Shown here in pieces: positions 46,260-55,606 of a stretch of DNA of 64,000 nucleotides; position 1 is the stretch's first letter, and each line of letters starts with the position of its first letter. The DNA is from Nitrososphaerota archaeon (GTDB taxonomy: Archaea; Thermoproteota; Nitrososphaeria; PSMU01): assembly GCA_040290255.1 (NCBI GenBank), contig PSMU01000004.1, forward strand, positions 1 through 64,000, read 5' to 3'. The position numbers and the translations under genes were made by a program. The notes beneath the pieces were generated by a model. That model did no database searches. It was not told where the DNA came from and saw only the letters and a list, made by a program, of their open reading frames with translations.

Positions 46260-46679
46260 ATGTCGCTTCCGCTGGCAAGGCGCTTCTTCGATGAGCTGGC
46301 CTCCATGGTGGGCAAGAAGGTGGTGCTGGAGCTTACGGATGGCCGGGTCTACCAGGGCCGGCTGCTGGCCTTTGATGAGAGGCTGAACATGATCCTCTCG
46401 GACGTGCCAGGGGCCGAGAAGCTCGTCATCAGCGGGGCCCTGCTGAAGACGCTGAAGCTGGCGGAGAGGGGCTTCGACCTAAGGGCCCTCGCGGAGAGGC
46501 TGGAGCGCGTCTTTCCCAACCATGTGAAGCTGAGGGAGGACCTGGGCGCGATCTTGGTGCTGGACAAGGTCAGGGTGAGCGAGGCGGGCGTGGAGGGCAC
46601 CGGGCTTGTGGCCGAGAGGGCGAAGGAGGTGTACCAGGAATACTTGAGGGAGCTGGGGCAGAAGCCGGCCCAGGAATAA
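46260..46679 (+). CDS. Sm-like (Lsm/SmAP3-type) RNA-binding protein with C-terminal domain
   Basis: VVLELTDGRVYQGRLLAFDERLNMILSD Sm1 motif plus an extension. Confidence 0.88.
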   Translation: MSLPLARRFFDELASMVGKKVVLELTDGRVYQGRLLAFDERLNMILSDVPGAEKLVISGALLKTLKLAERGFDLRALAERLERVFPNHVKLREDLGAILVLDKVRVSEAGVEGTGLVAERAKEVYQEYLRELGQKPAQE

Positions 46680-48181
46680 TGGGGGACTTCGAGATAAAGG
46701 AGGGCGACCTCTGGGGAAGGATAGGCGTACTTAGGCTGAGGAGGGGCACGCTGGAGACGCCCGCCCTCCTGCCCGTCGTGCACCCCTTTCGGCAGGAGCT
46801 ACCGCCCGGCGAGCTGAAGGCCCTGGGCTTTGGTGCGCTGATGACGAACGCCTACATCATATACCGGCGGATGGGGACCCCTCCGCCCGGGGGCGTCCAT
46901 GGGCTGCTGGCCTTCGACGGCATACTGGCCACGGATTCCGGCGGATACCAGGCCCTGAGGTATGGCTCGGTGAAGGTGGGCCCCGAGGACATGGCCTCCT
47001 TCCAGGCCGCGCTGGGCAGCGACATCGCCGTCATCCTAGATACGCCCACGAGGGCAACGTGGGGAAGGGCCAAGGCGGAGGAGAGCGTCAGGTTAACGCT
47101 GGAGGCCGCCAGGCTCACGGCCCGCTACCTGGATGCCGGCCCCCTGTGGGTGGGGGCCATTCAGGGCGGCAGGCACCTGGATCTGGTGAGGGCCTGCAGC
47201 AAGGCCCTCGTGAAGATGGGCTTCAGGATGCTCGCCCTGGGCGGCCCCGTGGAGGTGATGGAGGGCTACGACTTCGTCACGCTGCTGAGGATGATGGCCG
47301 AGGCGAGGCGCGCCGTGCCCCCCAGCATCCCCCTTCACCTCTTTGGGGCGGGGCTACCCCTGACCATCCCGCTGGCGGTCGCGCTGGGCTTCGACACCTT
47401 CGATTCCGCCTCCTACCTGCTGTATGCTAAGCAGGGCCGGTACATGACCCAGCAGGGCGTGCTAAGGCTGGAGAAGGTCAGCTACCTGCCCTGCGCCTGC
47501 CCCGTCTGCTCCTCCTTCAGCCCGGAGCGGCTCAGGAGGGACGTGCTCTCGCTCGCCAGGCACAATCTGTACGTGCTCGCCTCCTGCATAAGGGAGGTCA
47601 AGGAGAGCATACATGAGGGCCGGCTCTGGGAGCTGGTCTTCACCAGGGCGAGGGCACATCCCCAGCTTTGGGAGGCGGCGAAGCTGCTCGCCCGCCTCTC
47701 CCCTCGCTTTGAGCTGGATACCCCCATGACAAAGCCCCGCGCGCTCTTCTTCGTCGCGCCTCCCGATCAGCACAGGCCCGAGGTGCTGAGGTATAGGAGC
47801 AGGCTGCTACGTCATTATACGCCGCCCAGCACGGAGAGGCTGGTGCTGGTCCCGCCCCCCTCCGACAGGCCCCTGCTGAGGAGCCGCCTGCTCGGGCTCT
47901 GCGCCCAGCTGGGGCTCGTGCCCCCCAATGCCACGCTCTGCACCTTCTCTCCCCCCTTTGGCCCCATTCCCGTGGAGCTGTCGGAGCTCTATCCCCTCTC
48001 CCAGCATGTGGCCTCGCGGGAGGGGGCCTTCTTCAGGAAGGCGCTGGCCCTGCTAAGGGCCTTCGTGAGGCTTCATGGCTTCAAGGCCATCACCGTGCTG
48101 ACCGATCGAAGGAGTGAGGCGCTGATGGCCAGGGTGGCGAGGGCGCTGGGCGTGGAGCTGCGCCCCCTTCCGAAAGCTTAA
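46679..48181 (+). CDS. tgtA: Archaeosine tRNA-guanine(15) transglycosylase
   Basis: ETPALLPVVHP, TDSGGYQ, IQGG, HLFGAG, FDSASY, CACPVC, HNL. Confidence 0.95.
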   Translation: MGDFEIKEGDLWGRIGVLRLRRGTLETPALLPVVHPFRQELPPGELKALGFGALMTNAYIIYRRMGTPPPGGVHGLLAFDGILATDSGGYQALRYGSVKVGPEDMASFQAALGSDIAVILDTPTRATWGRAKAEESVRLTLEAARLTARYLDAGPLWVGAIQGGRHLDLVRACSKALVKMGFRMLALGGPVEVMEGYDFVTLLRMMAEARRAVPPSIPLHLFGAGLPLTIPLAVALGFDTFDSASYLLYAKQGRYMTQQGVLRLEKVSYLPCACPVCSSFSPERLRRDVLSLARHNLYVLASCIREVKESIHEGRLWELVFTRARAHPQLWEAAKLLARLSPRFELDTPMTKPRALFFVAPPDQHRPEVLRYRSRLLRHYTPPSTERLVLVPPPSDRPLLRSRLLGLCAQLGLVPPNATLCTFSPPFGPIPVELSELYPLSQHVASREGAFFRKALALLRAFVRLHGFKAITVLTDRRSEALMARVARALGVELRPLPKA

Positions 48182-48214
48182 ATAGGACCAAGCTCGCGCC
48201 TCAGGTCCTTAAGC

Positions 48215-49474
48215 ATGAGAGTAAGGGTTCTTGGGGCCGCCCGGCAGGTGGGCAGGTCCGCGCTCCTCGTGGAGGAAGGCCGCACGCGTCTGCTGCTGGA
48301 CTATGGGGCCCTGCAGCAGGGCGACCCGGCCTTCCCGCTCCTCGTGAGGCCGAGGGACGTGGACGGGGTAGTGCTGACTCACGCTCACCTGGACCACAGC
48401 GGCGGCATACCGCTTCTCTTCTCGGGTTCTGCCGCGCCGAGGGTTCTCGGCACGGCCATGACCAAGAAGCTCTCCGAGCTCATCATAAACGACTTCATCA
48501 AGATCTCCGGGCCCAAGCTCCCCTTCGATAGGTTGGAGCTGAAGGCGATGATGAGGGCCTACCGCGATGTGCCCCTGGGCGAAGCCCAGAGGGTAGGGGA
48601 CCTGGAGGTGCGCTTCCTTTACGCGGGCCATATACCGGGCAGCGCCATGGTGGAAATTAAGGGGCCCAGCGGCAGCCTGCTTTACACGGGCGACGTGAAC
48701 GACCGTGACACCAGGCTGCTGCGCGGCCTTACCCCCTCCGCGCTCGAGGCCGAGCTGATCGTCACGGAGAGCACTTATGGCCAGACGCAGCATCCATCTA
48801 GGGAAGAGGAGGAGAGGAAGTTGGTGGAGTTCGCGAACGAGATCGTCGAGGGCGGCGGCACGCTGCTGATCCCCTCGTTCGCGATAGCGAGGGCCCAGGA
48901 GATAGCGCTCATTTTCTACCATCACCGCTTCAAGCACAGCCTCGCCATGGATGGCATGGCGCTTGAAGTGAACAAGATCTTCCTGGAGCATCCCGAATTC
49001 CTGGATGGGGCGTCGGACCTGGAGAAGGCCCTCAAGAGGGTGGAGCTGGTCACGAGCTGGGAGCAGCGCAGGAGGGTCGTCGAGGAGCCCGGCGTGATCA
49101 TCTCGCCCGCCGGCATGCTCGGAGGAGGGGCGGCCGTCTTTTACAACCAGAGCGTGGCGCTCGATGAGAGGAACGGCATTGCCATCGTCTCCTTCCAGGC
49201 CAACGGCACTCCGGGCAGGACCCTTCTTGATAAGGGCCTGGTGCTCTACCGAGGGAGGCCCAAGAAGATCCTGGCCCGCCTCAACCGCTACTACCTGAGC
49301 TCGCACAGCGATGTGGATGGCCTGATGCGCGTGCTCTCGGCCGTCAGGGGGGCCAAGCTCGTGCTCACGGTGCACGGCGAGGAGGCCTCCACGGTGGGCC
49401 TCGCGCAGAGGGTGGAGCAGGAGCTGGGCGTGAGCGCGGTAGCGCCCACGGCCGGCGAAACCTTTTCGGCCTAA
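48215..49474 (+). CDS. Beta-CASP metallo-beta-lactamase ribonuclease
   Basis: THAHLDHSG, AGHIPGS, YTGD, ESTYG, SSHSD, VHGE. Confidence 0.92.
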   Translation: MRVRVLGAARQVGRSALLVEEGRTRLLLDYGALQQGDPAFPLLVRPRDVDGVVLTHAHLDHSGGIPLLFSGSAAPRVLGTAMTKKLSELIINDFIKISGPKLPFDRLELKAMMRAYRDVPLGEAQRVGDLEVRFLYAGHIPGSAMVEIKGPSGSLLYTGDVNDRDTRLLRGLTPSALEAELIVTESTYGQTQHPSREEEERKLVEFANEIVEGGGTLLIPSFAIARAQEIALIFYHHRFKHSLAMDGMALEVNKIFLEHPEFLDGASDLEKALKRVELVTSWEQRRRVVEEPGVIISPAGMLGGGAAVFYNQSVALDERNGIAIVSFQANGTPGRTLLDKGLVLYRGRPKKILARLNRYYLSSHSDVDGLMRVLSAVRGAKLVLTVHGEEASTVGLAQRVEQELGVSAVAPTAGETFSA

Positions 49475-49674
49475 TACTCCGTCAGGGGCTTCCCCAGCCT
49501 CTTCACCTGCTCGAGGAAGGCCTCGGCCCTCTCGGGCTCCAGCACGAGCGTATATAGCGCGCCGCTGAGCCTTGCCTTGACCTTGACGTAATTCTCCCTC
49601 TTCACGACCCTGACTTCCTTAGCCCTCTCGGCCAGCCTAAGGAACTCCTCCTCGCTGAAGACCTGGCGAGGCAC
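49471..49674 (-). CDS. rpl38e: 50S ribosomal protein L38e
   Basis: GTG start, MPRQV...VKVKARLSGALYTL. Confidence 0.8.
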   Translation of the reverse strand: MPRQVFSEEEFLRLAERAKEVRVVKRENYVKVKARLSGALYTLVLEPERAEAFLEQVKRLGKPLTEY

Positions 49675-49746
49675 GCCGGCCTCCTCTAATAGCCCCAAGA
49701 TAACCCTTCCCGCTAAGGTTAAAAGCCGAACCTCCCGGCTGAGCAC

Positions 49747-49851
49747 GGGCCGGTGGTCTAGCCTGGTAGGACGTCGCCCTCACACGGCGAAGGGGCGCTG
49801 GCCTCGCAGGTCCTGGGTTCGAAGCCTCGCGCGAAACTCCCAGCCGGCCCA
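49747..49851 (+). tRNA. tRNA-Val(CAC) with two non-canonical introns
   Basis: Anticodon CAC at 49781-49783; introns 49793-49809 (45/46) and 49824-49837 (59/60) with BHB motifs. Confidence 0.92.
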
Positions 49852-49857
49852 CCTGCG

Positions 49858-50025
49858 CTACTTCTTAAGGCCCAGCTGCCTATTCTTGAGCCTCAGCTGC
49901 TCACTTCTGCACTTCCTGCAGCGCGTGGCCGTGATGGGGTTCGTGGCCCCGCATCTGAAGCAGACCTTTTTAAAGAGGCGCCGGGCCTGGGCTATCTGCT
50001 TCTTGGACGGGTCTGTGATGGGCAT
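49858..50025 (-). CDS. rpl40e: 50S ribosomal protein L40e (not in the ORF track)
   Basis: MPITDPSKKQIAQARRLFKKVCFRCGATNPITATRCRKCRSEQLRLKNRQLGLKK. Confidence 0.95.
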   Translation of the reverse strand: MPITDPSKKQIAQARRLFKKVCFRCGATNPITATRCRKCRSEQLRLKNRQLGLKK

Positions 50026-50027
50026 GC

Positions 50028-50936
50028 CTAGGCCCCGCGCGCCAGCAGCGCTTTAACTATTTCCGGCACCTCCGAGGGGCGGCGCGCGATAAAGGCCCCC
50101 GCCTCCCTGAGCGCCCGTATCTTGGACTCGGCCGTGCCGGCCTCCCCATACACTATCGCCCCCGCATGCCCCATCCTCTTCTCCCTGGGCGCGCTCCTGC
50201 CCGCGATGAAGGCGCCCACGGGGACCCTGAGCCCCCCGTCCCTTACGAAGGCCGCGACCCTCTCCTCCACATCGCCTCCTATCTCTCCTATGAGGAAGAG
50301 CGCCCTCGCGCCCTTTGCCTCGGCCGCGAGCTTCACGCCCTCCAGGAGGTTTACCCCGTTCACGGGATCGCCGCCCACGCCCAGCACGAAGAGCTGCCCC
50401 AGCCCCTGCTTGGAGAGCAGGTCGCAGACTTCATAGGTCAGCGTGCCGCTCCTGCTCAGCACCACGATGTCCCCTGGGGAAAAGGACGAGGAGGGCATGA
50501 TGCCCAGTTTTATCCTGCCCGGCATTATGAAGCCCGGCGTGTTGGGGCCTATGATGCTCGCGCCGCTTGCGCTGGCCCTCCTGCAGAGGGCTATCGTATC
50601 CCTTATGGGCACGCGCTCGGTGATGATCACGAGCAGCTCGAGCCCCGCCTCGAGCGCCTCCTCGGCCGCGGCCCTTAGCTGCGGAGCCGGCACGAACAGC
50701 ACGCTCACGTTGGCCCCGCTTTCATGCACGGCCTTGGCCACGCTACCGTACACGGGCACGCCATGCACGCTCTGGCCCTCCTTGCCCGGCGTCACCCCCG
50801 CGACGATCCTCGTTCCATACTCCAGCATGAGCCTGGTATGGTAGCTTCCGTAGTTGCCCGTTATGCCCTGCACCAGCACGCGGGCCTCCTCGGGCCTCTC
50901 CTCGCCACGCACCCACCTTTCGAGCAGCGTGGGCAT
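50028..50936 (-). CDS. sucD: Succinyl-CoA synthetase alpha subunit
   Basis: VQGITG, GVTPGK, IGPNTPG, SRSGTLTYE, MGHAGAI. Confidence 0.95.
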   Translation of the reverse strand: MPTLLERWVRGEERPEEARVLVQGITGNYGSYHTRLMLEYGTRIVAGVTPGKEGQSVHGVPVYGSVAKAVHESGANVSVLFVPAPQLRAAAEEALEAGLELLVIITERVPIRDTIALCRRASASGASIIGPNTPGFIMPGRIKLGIMPSSSFSPGDIVVLSRSGTLTYEVCDLLSKQGLGQLFVLGVGGDPVNGVNLLEGVKLAAEAKGARALFLIGEIGGDVEERVAAFVRDGGLRVPVGAFIAGRSAPREKRMGHAGAIVYGEAGTAESKIRALREAGAFIARRPSEVPEIVKALLARGA

Positions 50937-50937
50937 G

Positions 50938-52029
50938 CTAGCCGCCCTCTATTGCGGCCCTGGCGGCCTCCTCCGGCGTGGCGAAGAGCTTCACCGGCAG
51001 CCCGCGCAGCAGGGCCCTGGCCTCCTCCTGCTCCGTGCCGCTTATCCTGGCAAAGAGGGGCCTGCGCGCCAGCCCCCTGTTGTACAGCTCGGCGATGCCC
51101 CTGGCCACCTCTGTCCCCCTCGTTATGCCGCCGAAGATGTTCAGGAAGATCGACCTGGCTCCGGGGAGCAGGTTCGCCAGCGTGAGCGCCTGTAGGACCC
51201 TCTCCGCGCTGGCCCCCCCGCCCAGGTCAAGAAAGGCGGCGGGCCGGCCGCCCAGCTCCGCGACGAGGTCCAGGCTTGCCAGCACTAGCCCCGCCCCATT
51301 CCCCACCACCACGACATCGCCGTCCAGGGGCACCAGCGAAAAGCCGTATCGCTTGGCCGTGGCCTCCGCCTCGTCGAGCCTCTCATACTTCTGCAGCTCC
51401 GGGTGCCTGAAGAGGGCGTTGTCATCCGTGATGATCTTGGCGTCCAGGGCCACGGCCCCTCGCTTTGAGAGGGCGATGGGGTTTATCTCCGCCAGCTCCG
51501 CTTCGATCCCCTCGCTGAGGGCCACGAGGCCCCTCACCAGGGGCAGCAGGGCCCTCGCCTCCTCCTGGGAAAAGCCCGCCTCGCCCAAGGCCTCGTCCAG
51601 CGCCTCCTCCCCCTTCAGCTCGCCCAGAGGACGCATGGCCTTGGGGCCCAGGCGTTCCACGTCCATGCCCCCCTCCCTCGATAGTATGAGCACGAAGTCC
51701 TTGCGCAGGGGATCCAGCGTGATGCCGGCATAGGCCTCCAGCTCGTGCGCCACGAACTCCTCCACGAGCACGCCGTGGGGCCTCTCGCCCTGCCAGGGGC
51801 TCATCACCGCCTCAAACGCCTGCCTAAGCTGAGAGGGACCCTCCACCTTCTGCACCTTTCCCGCCTTGCCCCTCCCGCCCACCTTTAGCTGGGCCTTCAG
51901 CACGGCGGGGAAGCCGACCTGCTCCGCCACGGCCATGGCCTCCTCCACGCTGCGGGCGAGGCCCCCCTTGGGTACCGGAATGCCATAGCGCGCCAGCAGC
52001 TCCTTTCCCTCGAACTCATACAGCCTCAA
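50938..52029 (-). CDS. sucC: Succinyl-CoA synthetase beta subunit
   Basis: LYEFEGKEL, GGRGKAG, DDNALFRHP, NGAGL, NIFGGITR; TTG start at 52029. Confidence 0.95.
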   Translation of the reverse strand: MRLYEFEGKELLARYGIPVPKGGLARSVEEAMAVAEQVGFPAVLKAQLKVGGRGKAGKVQKVEGPSQLRQAFEAVMSPWQGERPHGVLVEEFVAHELEAYAGITLDPLRKDFVLILSREGGMDVERLGPKAMRPLGELKGEEALDEALGEAGFSQEEARALLPLVRGLVALSEGIEAELAEINPIALSKRGAVALDAKIITDDNALFRHPELQKYERLDEAEATAKRYGFSLVPLDGDVVVVGNGAGLVLASLDLVAELGGRPAAFLDLGGGASAERVLQALTLANLLPGARSIFLNIFGGITRGTEVARGIAELYNRGLARRPLFARISGTEQEEARALLRGLPVKLFATPEEAARAAIEGG

Positions 52030-52098
52030 GCCGGCCTGGCGGCGGAGCGGTAAGATATTTAAGCTATCGACCGAAGGGGCCTGCAACGGTGGTCGAAG

Positions 52099-52377
52099 AT
52101 GTCAAGCGAAACCTCGACGATCCTCATAGGAAAGAAGCCGGTTCTTAGCTACGTCCTCGCGGCCATGACGGCCTTCCAGAACAACAACAAGACGGTCGTG
52201 CTCAAGGCGCGTGGCAGGGCCATCTCCAGGGCGGTTGACGTGGCTCAGGTGCTCATCAACCGCTTCCTGACCACGGCTAAGGTCTCGAAGATCGAGATAG
52301 GCACCGAGAAGCTGCAGAACAAGGAGACGGGCACGACGAGCAACGTCTCGACGATAGAAATTCACGTGTCGGCGTAG
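52099..52377 (+). CDS. albA: Chromatin protein Alba
   Basis: IGKKPVLSYV, KARGRAISRAVDVA, VSTIEI. Confidence 0.96.
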   Translation: MSSETSTILIGKKPVLSYVLAAMTAFQNNNKTVVLKARGRAISRAVDVAQVLINRFLTTAKVSKIEIGTEKLQNKETGTTSNVSTIEIHVSA

Positions 52378-52429
52378 AACCGGCCGTCAGCATTTATTTT
52401 TATTAAGCAGTAACGCCCACAGCCCCACG

Positions 52430-52999
52430 TTGGCCGTTAAGCTGCCGATATGCAGCTTTGATGCCAAGACGGGCATTCTGTGCCCCCAGTGCGAAGCCAA
52501 GCTGAGAAGGGGTGAGCTGACACAGGAGGACATAAGGGTCTCCATGGAGCTGGCGAAGCTGGATGAGAGGGCACTTCCCTCATTCACGCTGCTGAAGGCC
52601 CTGCGCATAGATGGCGAGGGCATCGTGCTGGAGGTGGGCTCGGGCGACTCACAGGCCTTCAGGCGGGACCCCCAGCTGCTCGCCCAGCTCTCCCAGCAGC
52701 TGGGCGCCAGGCTCTGGGTCGTGGAGGCGGAGGGAAGCGAGAGGAAGTTCCTGGAGGAGCTCTTCTATCCGCTTCGCCTGCTCGCGGTCTCCCTCGTCTA
52801 CCTGCCCGATGGCAGCAAGATGAGCAAGGCGATCTTGGCCTCGCGCGCCACGGAGAAGGCCAGGGCCCAGGCGGAGGAGGTTAAGCTTATAGCGAGGAAG
52901 CTGAGGGGCATTGAGCTTCTCGTTGAGTTCCAGCAGGAGCCCTTACCGTACACACCTCGCCGGCGAGCTCTCCCCAGAGCTGCTAGGGAAGAGGGTTAG
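52430..52999 (+). CDS. Archaeal NusA-like protein with N-terminal Cys motif
   Basis: KLPICSFDAKTGILCPQCEAKL, followed by a KH-like region. Confidence 0.75.
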   Translation: MAVKLPICSFDAKTGILCPQCEAKLRRGELTQEDIRVSMELAKLDERALPSFTLLKALRIDGEGIVLEVGSGDSQAFRRDPQLLAQLSQQLGARLWVVEAEGSERKFLEELFYPLRLLAVSLVYLPDGSKMSKAILASRATEKARAQAEEVKLIARKLRGIELLVEFQQEPLPYTPRRRALPRAAREEG

Positions 53000-54233
53000 G
53001 CTGGCCGGCTGGGTCGAGGACCTGAGGCCCGTCGGGGCCCTGCTCTTCATAACGCTCAGGGACTCCTCCGGGAGGGCCCAAGTGGTCTTCAGGAGGGCCT
53101 CGACGCAGCCCGAGCTCTTCTCGCTGCTGGAGCGCCTGCCCAGGCAGAGCGCCGTGTCCGTCAGCGGCCTCGTCGCCCCCACGAAGGCCAAGGGGCTGAG
53201 CGTGGAGGTGGTGGGCGAGGCCCTGGAGCTGCTGGGCGAGGCAAGGCACCCGCTCCCGCTAGATCCAACGGGCAGGGTGCCCGCCTCCTTGGACGTGAGG
53301 CTGGACAACAGGCCCCTGGAGCTCAGGAACCCCGCCTCTTCCGCCATCTTCAGGATCAGGAGCTGCCTGCTGCGCATAATCAGGGAGTTCCTGTTCGAGC
53401 AGGGGTTCGTGGAGGTGAACACCCCTAAGATCATCTCCGCGGGAGCCGAGGGAGGCGCTACGCTCTTCAAGGTGGACTACTTTGGCCGGCCCGCCTATCT
53501 GGCGCAGAGCCCCCAGCTGTATAAGGAGCAGCTGATGCTCGCCTTCGACAAGGTCTTTGAGCTGGCCCAGTACTTTAGGGCGGAGAAGAGCCACACCACC
53601 AGACACCTTAACGAGTTCACGATGCTGGACGTGGAGATGGCCTTCGCGACCGAGCGGGAGGTGATGGAGCTCTGCGAGGAGCTCATAGAGCGGGCCGTCT
53701 CGGATATCTGGAAGCTCTGCGCGGCCGAGCTGAAGCTCCTGGGCTTAAAGAGGCAGGAGGTGAACAGGCCCTTCCCCCGCTACACCTACCAGGAGGTGCT
53801 GGAGGAGCTGCGCAGGAGGGGGGTGGAGGCAAAGGAGGGGGAGGACCTCACCGATGCCCAGCTGAAGGCCTTCTCCAAGGTGGAAAGCGGCTTCTACTTC
53901 ATCATCGACTGGCCCGCATCGCTCAAGCCCTTCTACATAGAGGCCGATGATCCCACGGGGCGCAGCTATTCGTTTGACCTGCAGTGGGGGGAGCTGGAGC
54001 TGGCCTCGGGCGGCAGGAGGGTGCACAGGAAGGAGAGGCTCGAGAAGCGGATCGCGGAGCAGGGCCTTAGCCCTGAGGCCTTCGCCGGCCACCTAGCCTT
54101 CTTCGATTACGGCATGCCCCCTCACGCGGGCATGGGCTTCGGCTTCGACCGCTTTCTTCAGAGGCTCGTGGGCCGCCGGAACATCAGGGAGGTCGTGCTC
54201 TACCCCCGGGATAGGTTTAGGCTTATACCCTAG
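52911..54233 (+). CDS. aspS: Aspartyl-tRNA synthetase (archaeal type)
   Basis: YRTH, OB fold, AEGGATLF, LAQSPQLYK, FRAEKSHTTRHLNE, GMPPHAG, YPRD. Confidence 0.96.
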   Translation: MSFSLSSSRSPYRTHLAGELSPELLGKRVRLAGWVEDLRPVGALLFITLRDSSGRAQVVFRRASTQPELFSLLERLPRQSAVSVSGLVAPTKAKGLSVEVVGEALELLGEARHPLPLDPTGRVPASLDVRLDNRPLELRNPASSAIFRIRSCLLRIIREFLFEQGFVEVNTPKIISAGAEGGATLFKVDYFGRPAYLAQSPQLYKEQLMLAFDKVFELAQYFRAEKSHTTRHLNEFTMLDVEMAFATEREVMELCEELIERAVSDIWKLCAAELKLLGLKRQEVNRPFPRYTYQEVLEELRRRGVEAKEGEDLTDAQLKAFSKVESGFYFIIDWPASLKPFYIEADDPTGRSYSFDLQWGELELASGGRRVHRKERLEKRIAEQGLSPEAFAGHLAFFDYGMPPHAGMGFGFDRFLQRLVGRRNIREVVLYPRDRFRLIP

Positions 54234-55477
54234 GAGAGCTGGGGAGGAAGCCCCAGCTTGGCGGTCCTATACCAGCGCTTCGGGCGCCTCAGCAGGATGT
54301 GAAGGAGGGCCACGTTGGCTATGGCGGTGAGCAGGATCCAGTAGCCGTAGATGAATGGTATCCAGATAAGGTTCTTCAGGCTTCTCGGCTTCAGCGCGAA
54401 GACCAGCACGAGCCCTATCGGAAGGATGCCCAGCAGCGTGAAGAGCGTGAAGCCGAGCAGCGGGTTTAGGGGCGAGGGAGGGGTCAGCCCAGGCAGCAGG
54501 TATGAGAGCGCCACTAGCGTATAGGTGATGAAGGTCAGGGCCATCAGGATGGGATAGATGGTGGCCAACTCCGCGTCCAGCCTCTTCAGGCTCGGCCTCC
54601 TGAGCAGCCTGCCGTACCTGATGGCGACTTCACATGTGCCCCTGAACCAACGGACCCTCTGGCGCAGCATCACGCCCAGCGAGGAGACGGGCTCCTCGTA
54701 GCTCCTCGCCAGCGGTTCATAGAGTACCCTGTGCCCCTTGTTATAGAGCCTCACGCCCAGCTCCGCATCCTCCGAGAGGCTCTCGGCATCCCACCCTCCC
54801 TCCTTCTCGAGCACGCTCTTCCAGATGTAGAGGTTCGTGCCCCTGAAGGGCATATAGAGGTTAAGCCCGCTCCTGCCCTCCGCTATGGTATAGTTCCAGG
54901 CCCTGTCCTCCAGCGCGGTGATCTTGGCGATGAGCCCCCTCTTGGCTTCGAAGGGGGCCACCCAGCCCTGCACGGCCGACGCGCCGGAAAGCACCAGCCT
55001 GGAGACGGCAATGCGTGGCGCTTCGGGCTCAACGTAGTCGTCCGCGTCATAGACCGCTATCACTTCGCCCCTGGCGTGCCTTAGCGCCTGATTGAGGGCC
55101 CAGGGCTTTCCGCGGGGTTCCGTCTCGACCACCTTTACCAGGCCCGGGTGCTTCCTCTCATACCCCTTGGCGATCTCAAGCGTCCTATCCTGCGTGGCGC
55201 TGACCGCCAGGATCACCTCCAGCTTCTCCTTTGGATAATCGGCCGAAAGCAGGCTCTCGACGATGTTCTTGGGCCTCGTGAGCACCCTCTCCTCATCCCT
55301 GGCCGGCACGAGCACGCTCAGCGAGGGGAGCTGTTCATCCGTCAAGAGCCTGGGCCTCTCCCTCCTCTTTCTGGCCCTCAGGCCATAGATTATTATGGGG
55401 AAGTGGTAGGCCGACCAGAGCGTCGTGAGGGCCACCGTCACCGACATGTAGATGATGATTACGGAGAGGAGGTCCAA
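54230..55477 (-). CDS. Membrane GT2 glycosyltransferase, cellulose-synthase-like
   Basis: PARDE, GKPWALN, YDAD, SED, QRVRW; N- and C-terminal TM helices. Confidence 0.92.
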   Translation of the reverse strand: MDLLSVIIIYMSVTVALTTLWSAYHFPIIIYGLRARKRRERPRLLTDEQLPSLSVLVPARDEERVLTRPKNIVESLLSADYPKEKLEVILAVSATQDRTLEIAKGYERKHPGLVKVVETEPRGKPWALNQALRHARGEVIAVYDADDYVEPEAPRIAVSRLVLSGASAVQGWVAPFEAKRGLIAKITALEDRAWNYTIAEGRSGLNLYMPFRGTNLYIWKSVLEKEGGWDAESLSEDAELGVRLYNKGHRVLYEPLARSYEEPVSSLGVMLRQRVRWFRGTCEVAIRYGRLLRRPSLKRLDAELATIYPILMALTFITYTLVALSYLLPGLTPPSPLNPLLGFTLFTLLGILPIGLVLVFALKPRSLKNLIWIPFIYGYWILLTAIANVALLHILLRRPKRWYRTAKLGLPPQLS

Positions 55478-55606
55478 ATCACCTCACCCCAGCCCCTCGC
55501 CGCGGACATGTTAGAGGATGTTGGAAAATGAGGGCGCACGGCCTCCTCATATTGGTCGCCCCCTAAAGGGCCCGTTAAATACTTTAGCGCCCAGGCCCCG
55601 CGAGGC

